Positions 1 through 12,294 of a DNA stretch of 64,000 nucleotides are shown here, piece by piece. The stretch is taken from positions 13,084,001-13,148,000 of the forward strand of contig NC_087250.1 of NCBI RefSeq assembly GCF_037042905.1. The letters are read 5' to 3'. This DNA comes from Lytechinus pictus. Taxonomy: Eukaryota. The notes beneath the pieces were generated by a model. The model was not told the origin of the DNA and searched no databases. It saw only the letters and a program-made list of their open reading frames with translations. The stretch's first letter is position 1. Every line of letters starts with the position of its first letter. Made by a program: the position numbers and the translations under genes.

Positions 1-361
1 AAATATTCTAATTTTCTCCTTATTGTCAAGTGTTACAACGATTAATTCCTCCCTGATCATGTGGAATTAGCGTTATTGAATCCTAAATGGTTCAGTCAAG
101 TTGGTCCTTATTGTCAAATCTGTAAAAATGAAATATTGTATTATTCAAACAATACAAAAACAAAGGAAATAGTGAGTGATGGACATCATCGACTGACTCA
201 CCAAGTTGTGCATTATCACTGTTTAGTGAAAAATAAGCGAAACTTTAAAATGTCATAACTTTCTTATTTTACATCCGATTTTGATGAAATTTTCAGCACT
301 ATGCTAGTTTGATTTTTCTCTATTTATTCGAGTCAGCATTTTCCTGGGGTGGACTTGACCT
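1..361 (+). mobile_element. 3' part of a TTAA-flanked non-autonomous DNA transposon (Kolobok-like MITE); same family as 62892-63471
   Basis: Closely similar to 63115-63471; ends ...GGGGTGGACTTGACCT followed by TTAA (362-365). Confidence 0.8.
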
Positions 362-1907
362 TTAACAATAATGAATAGAAAGGGGGGGGGGGTATAAACG
401 AGAGAGAGAGAGAGAGAGAGAGAAGGGGGAGGCCGGTGTATGGGTCTAACAATATTTTTTTTCCTGAGTCGGGGGGGGGGGGGGTAGCATCAATGGTCCC
501 ATTCCTGATTTTGTGGGTGATCTTTCTTTACTCTGCAATTCTTAATTGCAATTGAGGAAACTTAAACAACCCCCTTCCGGATATTTGTGAAAATTCGTCA
601 GAAACAATTATGTTTTAAAAGTTTATGATGAGGATGGGGGGGGGGAGGGGCACTCTTCGCAGACCCTAAAATAAGGTAGGAGGAGACAGATTTCCAAATT
701 TTCCAAAATTTGAACTTTATCATAATAAGTATAATTATGAGCCTCACTGCCATTTAATAGAAAAAAAACGAATATATCACGGTAAATCACTTTCATTGAA
801 CAACAAGTGGACAAAATGACAAAGTAATGATTCAAATGAGGATGCAAGTTACTTAACCATACAAAACTATTTATTGCAAAAATACATTACAGTTCGTGAC
901 AAAGTACAAGTTTGCCGATAGATGGCAGTATATAACAATGGTTCGTATGACAAACTGATCTCTCGCACTCAATTGCAATTACGTAGTAAAACAGCCAATG
1001 ACGGTGTTATTTAAAACCACGTTCTCTATTCGTAATGATTTCGAGCATCATGAATCAATTATTAAAAAGCGATGTTGACATGCGGAAAACTTCATTCATT
1101 CATTCATGGCGGTGGGGGGGGGGCAAATAATATTAAATTCTACACATAATACATTTGGCTCTCTTCCCAAAGGAGAATGCCCTTGACATATTTATCATCC
1201 TATATAATTTGTCAATCGGCAAACAATTTTTCCCCTTTTGCCGTTGATCATAACTACCCCCTACCTCATAAAACAAAATGACGGAGACCTATGAACGTCG
1301 TTGATTGCGTATGAAGATAATACACTAATATCATGTTTCACGATTTTCCAACTTTTATGACAAATCGCAAAGCCTGGTGTAGCATCGTTTATTCATTCTT
1401 AAATGCGTCCGATTATAGTAATATAACACTTAATATTTTACCATAAATTTTATTTATATTACAAAGATTAATTACCAAGAAAAAGAATAAGTATTCACAA
1501 AAAAGAAAATAGAAAACAAATGCTTAATAATATTCAAATTCGAAAGAATATTAAACATCATATATTCAAATATGGCAAGAAGTTAACCTGTCAAGAAATA
1601 AATATTGCTACATATTCAATATACATATGGTACAGTCATATAAACGCCCTCGATAAACTAACCGATAGTATACCAGACGAAAATTTATTCGGTCTGTTTT
1701 AACAGCCGGTGCAACTTGGGTATTAACCATTAATACTTCACTTTGTGACGTCGACTTCGGCCTCTGATGCACAAGCCGCATCCCATACCGGCTTTGAAGC
1801 CACCTCATTCCTGCAATATGGATGGTGATGCACCAATACGCCGAAAAAGAATGAGGCCGCCTTGAGATATTCCGAACTTTTCGCATTTCCTAAGAGGAAC
1901 TCACACC

Positions 1908-2156
1908 TCACACCACTTCCTTTGAAAATGCAATTAAAATCACAATGGAGAGTTGAGAGGCTTTTGTCGAAAATTAGTGGACTGGGGCAGATGATCATCC
2001 GAAGATTTACGTACACCGGACGAACAATTGCAAATACATGTATGTCGTTGTCCAGCGTCAAGATATTCCGATGCTGTCCCGGTCCATCAACTTTCTACAA
2101 AAGCTTCTCTGCTCTTCATTGTGATTTGACTTGCATTTTCAAAGGAATTGGTGTGA
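1908..2156. repeat. Imperfect inverted repeat (old MITE / long hairpin) in the presumed 3' UTR of the membrane-protein gene
   Basis: 1917-1991 TTCCTTTGAAAATGCAATTAAAATCACAATGGAGAG... is the approximate reverse complement of 2074-2147; a weaker outer pair is 1820-1834 / 2317-2331. Confidence 0.7.
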
Positions 2157-3613
2157 AAAGTCTGGATTATCCCCCTGAAATGATACGCATAATTAAGCCA
2201 GCTATTGAAACGAGACTATTTCTACTTCAGCATGTTCAGTGGTCAAGACTGCCTGAGTCCACTTGAGGTGATACGCACAAGTCGCTGGCTTCCGACGCTG
2301 GCTTCAGTTCACTTTCGATGTATCACCATCCTAATTCTACAAATGTCGACTAAGGAATTATTATTTCTATTTTCGAGCGACCACTGACTAGTAATAAATG
2401 TAAAGTATGCAGACCTACACGTAAGTATACAGACGAAATGGAAGTGTAAGTTTTCTAACAAGAGAGAGAGAATCATTTAAATAATGAAAGATGTATGCGA
2501 TATACGTGATTCAATGATAGTTGGCAAGATTTTCACTATTTAGTTTTCTTCATCAACAGCTACTTCTGTTCGATATTAAACACGAACCGACTTTAGACTG
2601 ACCAACCTTTTGTCATTGGTAATAACATAATGAATTTGGTAGGGAACCATGGTTGTAACTGACAGCTAATGTCGGAGCGGATCTCAATAAGCCTGTTCAC
2701 GGTTGTAAACTGCGCACGAGCAGAAAAAGGTCATTGGAGACAACCATGAAGGTGGCTTTCAAATTCACTGACATAGGCATTTGTGATTTGATGATTATTC
2801 ATGTTTCCTTTCAAAATATTTATCACATCCAAGCTGAAGAGTAATAAATAGAGCCTTCATAATCACTGGTGTTTGACAGTAGCCAAAACAATAGTCAAAT
2901 GTGCCAAAGGCAGACAATAAAACAGATTTCCAAACTTTATCCCTGATGTACTATTCTAGTCACCTGGTCTATACAATGCATTTTGTTCTTAGAATTTGAA
3001 TACTCTACCGGTAAAGCTTACGCAACATCTACATTTGAAAATGATAGTGCTTATCCTAATGAAAAATCACAAAGGTCATTTGAGAAAAGTTGATCATGAG
3101 CTAACCGTGAACTGGCTTATTGACAACAGGGAGTTTTCGCTTCCACGACCCTTGACGCCTTCCAGAACAAAGATTCATCTAGGAAGAAAGAGTTGTTTAA
3201 ATTATCTTTAACAGTGTGCGCTATATAGCACCAGTTTATTATTATTGTTATTATCATTAGACAAAGTCGCTGTATCCAATGTGGTATTGGACTATCTGAG
3301 AAGCAGACCAACCCCTTGTAATAAAAGTTAGCATAAACCGTTCGCGCATATGCACAACAGCATTTTGCTCAAAATCGTGTCTCAGAAGTTGCGTCAGAAA
3401 ATCTAAAACGGTCCGTTGTTTATAATATGATCTCATTCTGTAATATAAAGTTGAGTTGAGCAATAATGTGCTATATTCTGATTATGCTATTAAGAAACAG
3501 ATATAGGCCTAACTGATAATTTCCCATTCAGTCATTTCAATAATTTCTGACAATTAAAACATGGAAAAGAAAAGTGTCTATTTTGCGTAGGGACATGATA
3601 TATGCTTTATAAA

Positions 3614-4642
3614 TCAAACATGGCTCTCATATAATATTGATTTATATCTACGGCCATGCCCATGCCGAGTTGGTCTTCTGCCATCTTCTTCCCCCATAAT
3701 GCCTATTATCGATACTGGACGGGGTGTTTCTTCTGGGTATTCACTTCCAGAGGCCACATAAGCAGACGACGGACGCACATTACGCTTTGCTGGTTTCGGT
3801 GCAGGCGTCGGCACTGGACCGTTCCTGCGTGAGCGTCGATAATCCTGTTCGTCTTGCAGTGACATTACTGGATTGTCGTACGTACCATCGTATGTGTGGC
3901 GGTATGACGGTGGCGGTGGACGGGCGTGGTTTTGACGACGAGCGACGACGGCGTAATCGTGGGGCGTGGAATAACGGTCATGCGAACGCCGCTCGTAGGA
4001 GTTGTGATGCGCACGCCTCTCGGGACTTCCACTGCGGTTTCGTTCATCATGCCGATTGCTGTGACGTTCGCTTCTTTCTTGACGTTGACCGTGTCTTCTG
4101 ACATCGTCTTGATTATCATCGTTTACCGCGTCGGTCCTTACCGCTTCGCGATTCGTCTCTGTATGGTCTTCACCGCGGTCGCGTGGTACGTCACCATTAG
4201 CCGGTTCGGATGGCGTGGCGGTAGCCTCGGCTGCCGTTTCTCCCTCATTCCGCCTCGTATACGAGGTCAACTGCACCTCCTCATTCGTCAGAAACTCGGT
4301 CTCAAATTCGTGCGAAGCTGTCAATGTACCCGACATCAGCTCCCCGTTCGCTGTAATCGTCTCCTTCCTCATTCTCTCTGCGATTTCGGGGATGATCTTG
4401 TCCAAGCGTCGAATGTCGCTCTTGTTACGCTCAACTACGAACCAAAGGATGAGAGTGCAGAGTACGGCGAGGACGACGACGACTGCTAAGCAAGCGTAAA
4501 TGATCGCTTCCTGGTGTGTGTTGTGACCGGGGTCCTCATGAGGAGGTATAGCTGCGCGCTCGTCAGTTTCTCCGAGGTATTGTGACGTCACCCCTTGGAC
4601 CGATAGCAGGAATACGGGTAGCACGACTAGAAACGATTTCAT
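3614..4642 (-). CDS. Uncharacterised type I single-pass membrane protein (342 aa): signal peptide, tiny ectodomain, TM helix, long disordered cytoplasmic tail with PPxY and C-terminal class I PDZ-binding motif
   Basis: GC-rich 342-codon ORF in AT-rich background; signal MKSFLVVLPVFLLSVQGVTS; TM AIIYACLAVVVVLAVLCTLILWFVV; RPPPPSY; ends YESHV; splice acceptor (polypyrimidine-CAG) at 4753-4755 on minus strand. Confidence 0.88.
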   Translation of the reverse strand: MKSFLVVLPVFLLSVQGVTSQYLGETDERAAIPPHEDPGHNTHQEAIIYACLAVVVVLAVLCTLILWFVVERNKSDIRRLDKIIPEIAERMRKETITANGELMSGTLTASHEFETEFLTNEEVQLTSYTRRNEGETAAEATATPSEPANGDVPRDRGEDHTETNREAVRTDAVNDDNQDDVRRHGQRQERSERHSNRHDERNRSGSPERRAHHNSYERRSHDRYSTPHDYAVVARRQNHARPPPPSYRHTYDGTYDNPVMSLQDEQDYRRSRRNGPVPTPAPKPAKRNVRPSSAYVASGSEYPEETPRPVSIIGIMGEEDGRRPTRHGHGRRYKSILYESHV

Positions 4643-5765
4643 TTTGTCGGTTGTACAATGGAGTTAAGGAGAGACACACAGTTTACGTCCGGGTTGGTTA
4701 TTGGTTTCACGGGGGAAACTAGGGTGAACGAGGTCTACAACAACGATTTCATCTGTGTATGGAAGGAAATATAAAGGAAGAAAAAAAATCGATTAAAAGG
4801 CTATGCGTAAAAATACTTGTAAGCCTGGAAAAGGTTGACCTTAGCTTATTTATTGTACTTTACCCCTTATAATATTAATTTGGAGGATAATTTCACAACA
4901 CCTTTCCAGTAATCATGAAATTTGTTCTTGACCAATAAGTGTAGGCCTATGGACCTATTGATATACTCCGGTTATTTATCTTACATAACCTTCAAGCGAA
5001 TAGATTGCAAAGCGGTATCCACTGTTAGTGTGTTTACTTCTTTTAGAATAAGCCTATAAAAGTTTGCCACTGTTCGCAGGCCATTGTCACTTTGAGACCG
5101 GGAACCGGTTTGCTTCACCGACTATTATCCAACCATTATCCGCCGGATATCCGTTTCAACCTTGAATAACAAAGTGGTGCTGTCAAAATAAGGCTGAAAA
5201 GTGACAGTTCAATATTTTATGTAGTTTGTAATAGTTCACGTGTGCAATTTTGTATGTGCATGTTATTGTAATCTTAAAATGTCTCTCTTTTATCAGGGGC
5301 GCGAATTGCTAGTTTGTTTTTCACCTCATTTGCATATTGTGTCTGAAATTAGAAATATTGTTTTCATCTTCTAACTCACTCTCCCCTCTGAACCCAGTCC
5401 AATATATTCCCAGGTTGCAACATTCAGATTGTCAACTATCGTATGTTATGATCGCTTTCTGTTTAGTACATTGTATCTAACAGTTTTTCCACATAAAATC
5501 CGTATGTTAGTTTTAAAATATGTCATATTCTCTTCACTGTAAGTTTGTATAATCAAGCAACTGAATTTGTATATGTATCTCAGATTTCTTGCTAGTTTAC
5601 TTAAATTTTTATGTCCTTTATTGATTATATTTTTATATTGTAACATTCAACTGTTTATTTGACATAATATATGAGAAATAAGTACACTTGAATTGAACTA
5701 AATGATAAAGAACAGTATTGTAGCACGTAAACAGAAATTCCTTTCATAAACCTATATCATGCCGT

Positions 5766-6098
5766 CAGTGGCGTACCTAGGATTTTCCACAGGGGGGGGG
5801 GGGCAAAATCGGCCGCCAAAAAATTTGACAAAAAAAAAAAAAAAAAAAAAGGTCTTCAATAAACAAAAAAAAAGGTTTTCGTACCAGAAAAAAAAGTGAC
5901 AAGCAAAAAAAACAAAAAAAAAACTCATCTGGGGGGGGGGGGGGCAATAAAGGTCTTCAAGCTCGACAGGGGGGCAAAAAAGGTCTTTTAAGCTCGTCAG
6001 GGGGGGGCAGGTATATGTCTTTTGTATGGGTTGTGGCTCGTCAGGGGGGGGCAGAGTGCCAACCCCTGCCCCCCCCCCCCCCCGTAGGTACGCTAGTG
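5766..6098. mobile_element. hAT-type MITE
   Basis: Termini CAGTGGCGTACCTA / TAGGTACGCTAGTG with G- and C-tracts; perfect 8-bp TSD CATGCCGT (5758-5765, 6099-6106). Confidence 0.85.
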
Positions 6099-6754
6099 CA
6101 TGCCGTGCTGTGGGATTTTAAAAAGAGAGAGGGGAACAAGAAACTTAAGTGTCGCCATTTTGTCAACCAAATAATTGGAATATCGTAATAGTTGGACTAT
6201 AGCCATGCATCTCTTCTTTTGATACCCTATCCACATCAATTATTATTGATTTGCTGATTTCTGTTTATAATGATTTATTCAAGAGGGTGACCGTTCAATA
6301 TAAAATAAGTATTATGTTCGATGAACATCTTATCTCGACAGATAATTCTGTTTTTCGCTCGTGAGCTGTATGCCCATGCCATAACGAACAAACAAACGAA
6401 CAAATAAATGAACAGACAAGATACGTTCAAATAGCTTTTACGCATACGATCCCTCTATTTTATTATGTACTATTTGGTACGAGGAAATTAAAAAAATGGA
6501 AGCTAGCAATTTACTCTGTAAAATAAATTGCGGTAAGTCATCAAAAGGGGAATAAAGGGTTAATGTAAACAACACACTTGCTAACGACCGTGGGAAGAAC
6601 GTCGACAAAGAGCATAAATATGCTATTAGTAATATATACTGTAGCTATTGCAATTGATAATGTTAATATTTGTATGTTAATTATCATAAGAGGAGGAAAC
6701 AAATTTATAATAAAAGAAAACCATCGGATGAGATAAGGGGGGGGGGGCAATATT

Positions 6755-7001
6755 CACTGCAAAGACACCGGTGTTGATTTAACACTAAACCCGGTATTTA
6801 TATTGGGAAACACCAGAGAGGTGTTGAAACAGCACCAGGCTTGCGTTAGGCTAATAGTACCAGATAGGCATTTAAACATCAGTATCAGTCAGTTTTAGAA
6901 CAACATATGTTTGATTCTAAACTGGTATTGTTTCAATACTTCTTTGGTGTTGTCCGATATAGATACCGGCTGGTGTTAAATTAAGACCGGTGTTTTGCAG
7001 T
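6755..7001. mobile_element. Palindromic MITE with CACTG termini
   Basis: CACTGCAAAGACACCGGTGTTGATTTAACAC... vs ...GTGTTAAATTAAGACCGGTGTTTTGCAGT. Confidence 0.6.
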
Positions 7002-8349
7002 AAATAGGATTCGTCGTTTCATAACACCCATTTCAATATGCGGTTGGTGTAAAATGTTACAACATTTCAGTTTGAAATGAATCTTCCTCTTGCTAGAATG
7101 ATGAACAGTGACATAATGAGCTAAAAGAAAAGATAGACAGAAAGACAGAAAAAATAAGAGGCCATACATGGCATTTTTTCACCGAGTTGCGAGCTAGAGA
7201 AACGAGCGAACAAAATGCTGACCTATTTAATATAAAGTTTAATTATGTGAAACATATTTACATAAATTTTAACAAATGGTATCATATTCCATGCTTTTTA
7301 TTTTCCCTTTCTGTTATTTTATCTTCTTTTTCTTGATCGCTAAATTTTATTATTATTACATTACTATTATATATATATATATACACACATTATATCAGTA
7401 TATATATATATATATATACTTTTGGGGGATTTATTTTTTCTATCTGTACACCAGTGACAATAACTAATCCGATGGAAAAGGAGAATGACTATTATAACTC
7501 TAAATAATGTCATAATATTTCTTTCCGTTTCACTCCCTGATTTAAGTGGTTACTGGAAAATATCAGGACATTTTATTTTTAATACAAGTGACGTTTATAT
7601 CACTCCTGGGGCAAAACGGAGGCGGGTCATTTTATAGAACGCGCCAATAAACGTGATAAACTATATAACATTTTGTCATGACAATATAAATCATGGGAAG
7701 ACAAATATATTAAAAGAATGACATAAAGCTGGAGTCTGATAATGATAAAGGCGCATGTAAATAGTATCTTCAATTGTCACAGGAGTAACAAAAAATACAA
7801 AAATTACATTTTTTTAATCATGGTAAAAATAAATGTTCGCGGGTCAGCAGCACGCGCTCCTACCAGAGTCGTGAAGTTTCGTGCTTATAGTGCAGTTGTG
7901 AGGTGGGAGTTCAGGCATTATCTGTATACTTTAACCACCCCTCAAAAATCAATAATAAAAATGATAAATAAAACAAATAAATACATAACCGAGATAAAAA
8001 TGAATTAGAAATAATTAGAAAAGGCGTAAACATTCTTTTAGAATAAAAATCAAAATAAACACCAACCAACCGACCGACCCGTCATGCCAAAATAAGTCAA
8101 ATTGACTGGTTGGCAACTAATGAAAAGACCCCCCCCCCCCCCTCCAGTACCCCAAAAAGCCAGTACCCCAACACAAGAAAGTCAACTATGACGAGATTTT
8201 CAATTTCATTTTCGATTCAATAGGCAATCATTTCGCTGTCATGATTTATGAACCCGATGACCTTATCGCTCTCTGATAAGACAAATATGAGAACTGTCAA
8301 ACAATATCTGGCCACTCATGATGAATGACAGTTCTGTACAACATCTTAC

Positions 8350-8700
8350 CTGCATTAAAATTGCATCCTTGGTTTTCTATTAAAGTAATGCGACTCATCT
8401 TCAACTGAGTATCAATTCAAGATTCAAGATTAGAAAGATTCAAAATATCTACTGTCAGTCAAAACACAGTTTAATATAATCTTTAATGCTAATATATAGA
8501 ACATGCTGTGCAAGTATTCTTTGAATTGTGTCTGTTGAATAGTTTCCAGTCATTCACACCAAGAAGGGCTTTTCGATATTATCTTACAGATAAAAACAAA
8601 TAGTAATAATCGTATTCAAGTTATTGCGGCATATATTGAGAGTTAATAGCGGAACCCAATGAAGGTATCATCAATTGAGCTAAGGAGGGCAGCGACGCCC
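8350..8700 (-). other. Probable upstream non-coding (5' UTR) exon of the membrane-protein gene; 5' boundary uncertain
   Basis: Strong minus-strand donor GCAG|GTAAGA at 8350/8349 that could join the acceptor at 4752. Confidence 0.4.
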
Positions 8701-9745
8701 TTTGTACCCGGAAACAATGCCCTTGACTTTCAGCAGAGTTCACATAATTTAACCGGAAAGACCATTATTCTTCCCGATGGATCATCAGGATGGTGAGTCC
8801 CACGATCTAGCAAAGTGTAGAGTAGAGGAACTGTTACACCAACCGTTTTCCCCTTTAAGTCCCGTTTTTCATTTTTTTTCTATTACAAAAAAAAAACATA
8901 TTTCTTGAAAACATGCATTCAATTCTTGATATCAATAATAATTTTTGATTAACAATACAACATAGCTAGAATTTAAATTCGTTATCATGAATGATAATTT
9001 TTGTGTTAACAAAGCGTATTCCTTGATTTAAAAATGGCATGAACAAACCAATCTTATATTAGAAACTTTAAATTCTTACGATATTGTTAAGCAATGACAT
9101 AAGCCCTCACTACGTTTTTTCTATTAATGCTATTTAAATGATTCACATGCTTCAAATTTCTGATCATTGACTTGAGAGCTGTTAAGAACTTAAAGGAATA
9201 AAAAAAAAATCAAATTGATAATACAGGATTCCGTTTACAAGGTATAGGTCTTTATAATTATCGCAATATATATTTGTGTTTATGCTTCTACTGCTAGGAC
9301 TACTCAAACTCTCCTTCCTCGTTCTCCTCCTCCCCCTCCTCCTCCTACTGCTAATACTTATACACATACGATAATAATAACGATCAAGTTAATCATTGAA
9401 TACATTGAAAATGATGAAACTAAGATTTAAGATGATATACAATATTGTGTTAATGGACTTTATGTTGGCGTAAATGATATGATATGGAAAGCACTGACGT
9501 CATTTTTCGTTGAGCATTTTGCCCTTGTTGGTAATCGTAAATTTGCGGAATAAATCTGTAAATGAGATAAACTTAAGCGTGTGTGACCTCTAGCGTGACC
9601 CGGGGATAAATCTCCCCCCTTTATGACTTTACCAAGAGCTCAAGTTAAAGGTTGAAGTCAATCCTGCCATCAACGATAAAAATAGTAGCAATAATGCTTT
9701 TCAAACATATAAAAAATACTCAATATTGCTCTCACTCGCAATATT

Positions 9746-10060
9746 TAGCGCACACTGATTCTATTTTTTTTTCGAAATCTCAAAACATTGAAAATTAACG
9801 TTATTCATACTTTCCAAACGGCCTTTATGTATAATTCTATATCAATGCTTTACCTAAATCCTTTCAAAACATGTTTTATTTACAATAGCGACATTCATTC
9901 ATATCCTACACGTCACTCCTCAGACATTCATTTTACAAACCCGAAAATCATCTTAGCACCCCAAACATGACAACAAAATACGACGGCCAAGATTTATGGA
10001 ACGATATACCCAATAATGTTTTCACTCAAAATTTCACTTATTGACTCACTTTTCTTTTAA
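9746..10060 (+). mobile_element. Decayed 3' end of a LINE ORF2 (CR1/L2-group-like)
   Basis: Broken frames read ...FRNLKTLKINVIHTFQTAFMY...FKTCFIYNSDIHSYPTRHSSDIH, resembling the post-RT C-terminus of CR1/L2-group LINEs. Confidence 0.55.
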
Positions 10061-10529
10061 GCTTCCTTGAAAAAGAAAGATTATTCACGTTTATTCATAA
10101 ATCTCTTGCCTGCACTCGCATCCACTTCATTTGGTCAAGATTTGTGACATTAAATTTATTCTTACAGAGCCAATTAATGTTATAGGTTTTCATGTAGCCC
10201 TTCCCTTTTTGGCTGCTATGTTTCTATATTTATTTATTTTTTTATTTATTATTATTATTATTTTTTTTTTTTTGGGGGGGGGGGCTTATATAGGTTGCCA
10301 CTGCATTTTTATATATTAATATGTGCTTAATACATTGTGTTTTTGCTTTTATATGTACAGATCCTGTCACAATTAAATTGTCGCTTTAATAGTTATTTGT
10401 ATTTTATTCTATATTTTGATTATGTTCATGTAATGTAGATCTATTCTGTATATCATATCCAAGAAAATTAATGCAGAAAATCCCCAAATCCCCCAAGTTC
10501 CGTATTAAAAGCAGTATCGGGCCCGATAG

Positions 10530-10782
10530 AAGCAGTAGTAGAAGTGGTAGTAGAAGTAGTATCAGTGGTAGTAGTGGTAGTTGGATAGTAGTAGTAGTTG
10601 TAGTAGAATTGGTAGTAGTTGAAAAAGTACTATTATTAGTAGGAGTAGTAGAAGAAGTGGTAATAGGAGTAGAAGTAGAAGTATTATAATTAGTTGTAGC
10701 AGTAGTAGTAATTAGTGGTAGCAGTCGAAACACAAGTAGAAGAATAAGAAGTGGTGGTGGTAGTAGTAGTAGTATTAGCAAT
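10530..10782. repeat. Degenerate (AGT)n microsatellite, interrupted by the hAT element and resuming at 12295-12400
   Basis: AGT/AGTAGA repeats seen directly. Confidence 0.9.
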
Positions 10783-12294
10783 CAGTGGCGTAACTACGGG
10801 GGGGCATGGGGGGGCACGTGCCCCCCCCCCCCCCAATCGGCTGGCCAAAAACAAAAAAAAAACGGGAGAAAAGGGAGAAAAAGAGGGAGAAGAATTTATT
10901 GTACATTATAATGTTATATTATATTATATGTTGTGTTATATTACATAAGAATTATTTTTTTTCATTACTTTATGAAACATAATGTGCTCAGGGTCTATTT
11001 GTTCATTATTCCTGGTACAAGCATTGTCTGTTTAACGAGATATACATGTACAATCATGTTGTACCAAAACGTCCTGTTTTCAAGTCAATATGCACCAAAT
11101 ATATATCATCGCACTTCAAGTTATTATTGTTTTATGTAGTGACATATGCTTCTTTTCATGACTACTTAAAGTGATAGCCCCATTTTAAGGTCTGTATATA
11201 AAAAAAATCCTTGTTCGTGTTCGTGCTTACGTTCGAATTAGTGGATTGATGAGATTTGTCTGCTCTTCATGAATTCCCTGAAATCGGTCCTTAAAATGTC
11301 TCTTTTTCTAATGTAAATATCAAAAATTTTCAGCTCGCGCTTCGCGCTCGCATCATTTGTTTAGTGAAATACGTATGGTCATAGTAGATTCCTACAAACA
11401 AGCCTTAGAATGCCCCTCTTCAGATCTGAATTTCCTATATTTTCAGCTCGCACTTTGCGCTACTGAGATGCGTATGATAATCATGATTACTATGACTACA
11501 AAAAGCTCTTCATGTGTTTGAATGTGATTCTAACAAAATCAGCAATCGCTTGGCACTCGCATTGGATGACTATGGTGAGATATGTATACTCTTAATGGAT
11601 TAAAAAAAAGAAATAGTCCTTAAAATGTCCCTGTTTGGGGTCAATATATACAAAAATTTTCAGCTCGCGCTTCGCGCTCGCATCATTTTGTACGTGAAGT
11701 ACGTATGGTCTTCGTAAATTCCTACAAACAAGCCTTAGAATGCTTCTCTTCAGGTCTGAATTTCCTAAATTTTTAGCTCGCGCTTCGCGCTCGCAATATT
11801 TGATTAGTGAGATGCGTATTCTAATCATGATTACAATGACTACAAAAGGTGTTTCATGTTTTCTAACAAAATCAGCAAGCGCCTGGCACTCAAATTAGAT
11901 GAGTATGGTGAGATATGTATTCTCTTATTTGATTTCTAAAAAATAATCCTTAAACTGTCTCTGTTTGGGGTCAATAAATACAAAAATTTCAGCTCTCGCT
12001 TCGCGCTCGCATTGTTTGTTTAGCGAGACAGATACGTATTTTTTTTTTTATTTAATAGCTTATTTTGACCCTTTTTAGGTATGAATTTCAAAAATTTTCA
12101 GCTCGCGCTTCGCGCTCGCATCATTTGATCAGTGAGATACATTACATATCCGTTTAATGGCACAGTCCTTAAAATGTCTCTATATAAGGTCAATAGGCCT
12201 ATAGCTGGTAATTGAGCGCGCTTTGCGCGCTCACTGAGCGACTCAAAATTTTTGCTGGTGCCCCCCCAATGCCGTGACCCACGGTACGCCACTG
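10783..12294. mobile_element. Non-autonomous hAT-type element with internal tandem subrepeats
   Basis: TIRs CAGTGGCGTA / TACGCCACTG; 8-bp TSD TTAGCAAT / GTAGCAAT (7 of 8); about six copies of AAATTTTCAGCTCGCGCTTCGCGCTCGCA in a ~330-bp higher-order repeat. Confidence 0.85.

Noticed and set aside
1608..2387. Cluster of 60-134-aa ORFs
   Set aside because: No recognisable protein features or splice sites; explained by a decayed inverted repeat.
3724..4499. Alternative-frame and antisense ORFs over the 342-aa gene (likewise 51105-51863 and others over the large gene)
   Set aside because: Shadow ORFs of GC-rich coding sequence.
11320..12125. Regularly recurring palindromic 30-mer resembling a CRISPR array
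   Set aside because: Spacers are 100-230 bp and themselves repeated; lies within a hAT element in animal DNA; no cas genes.
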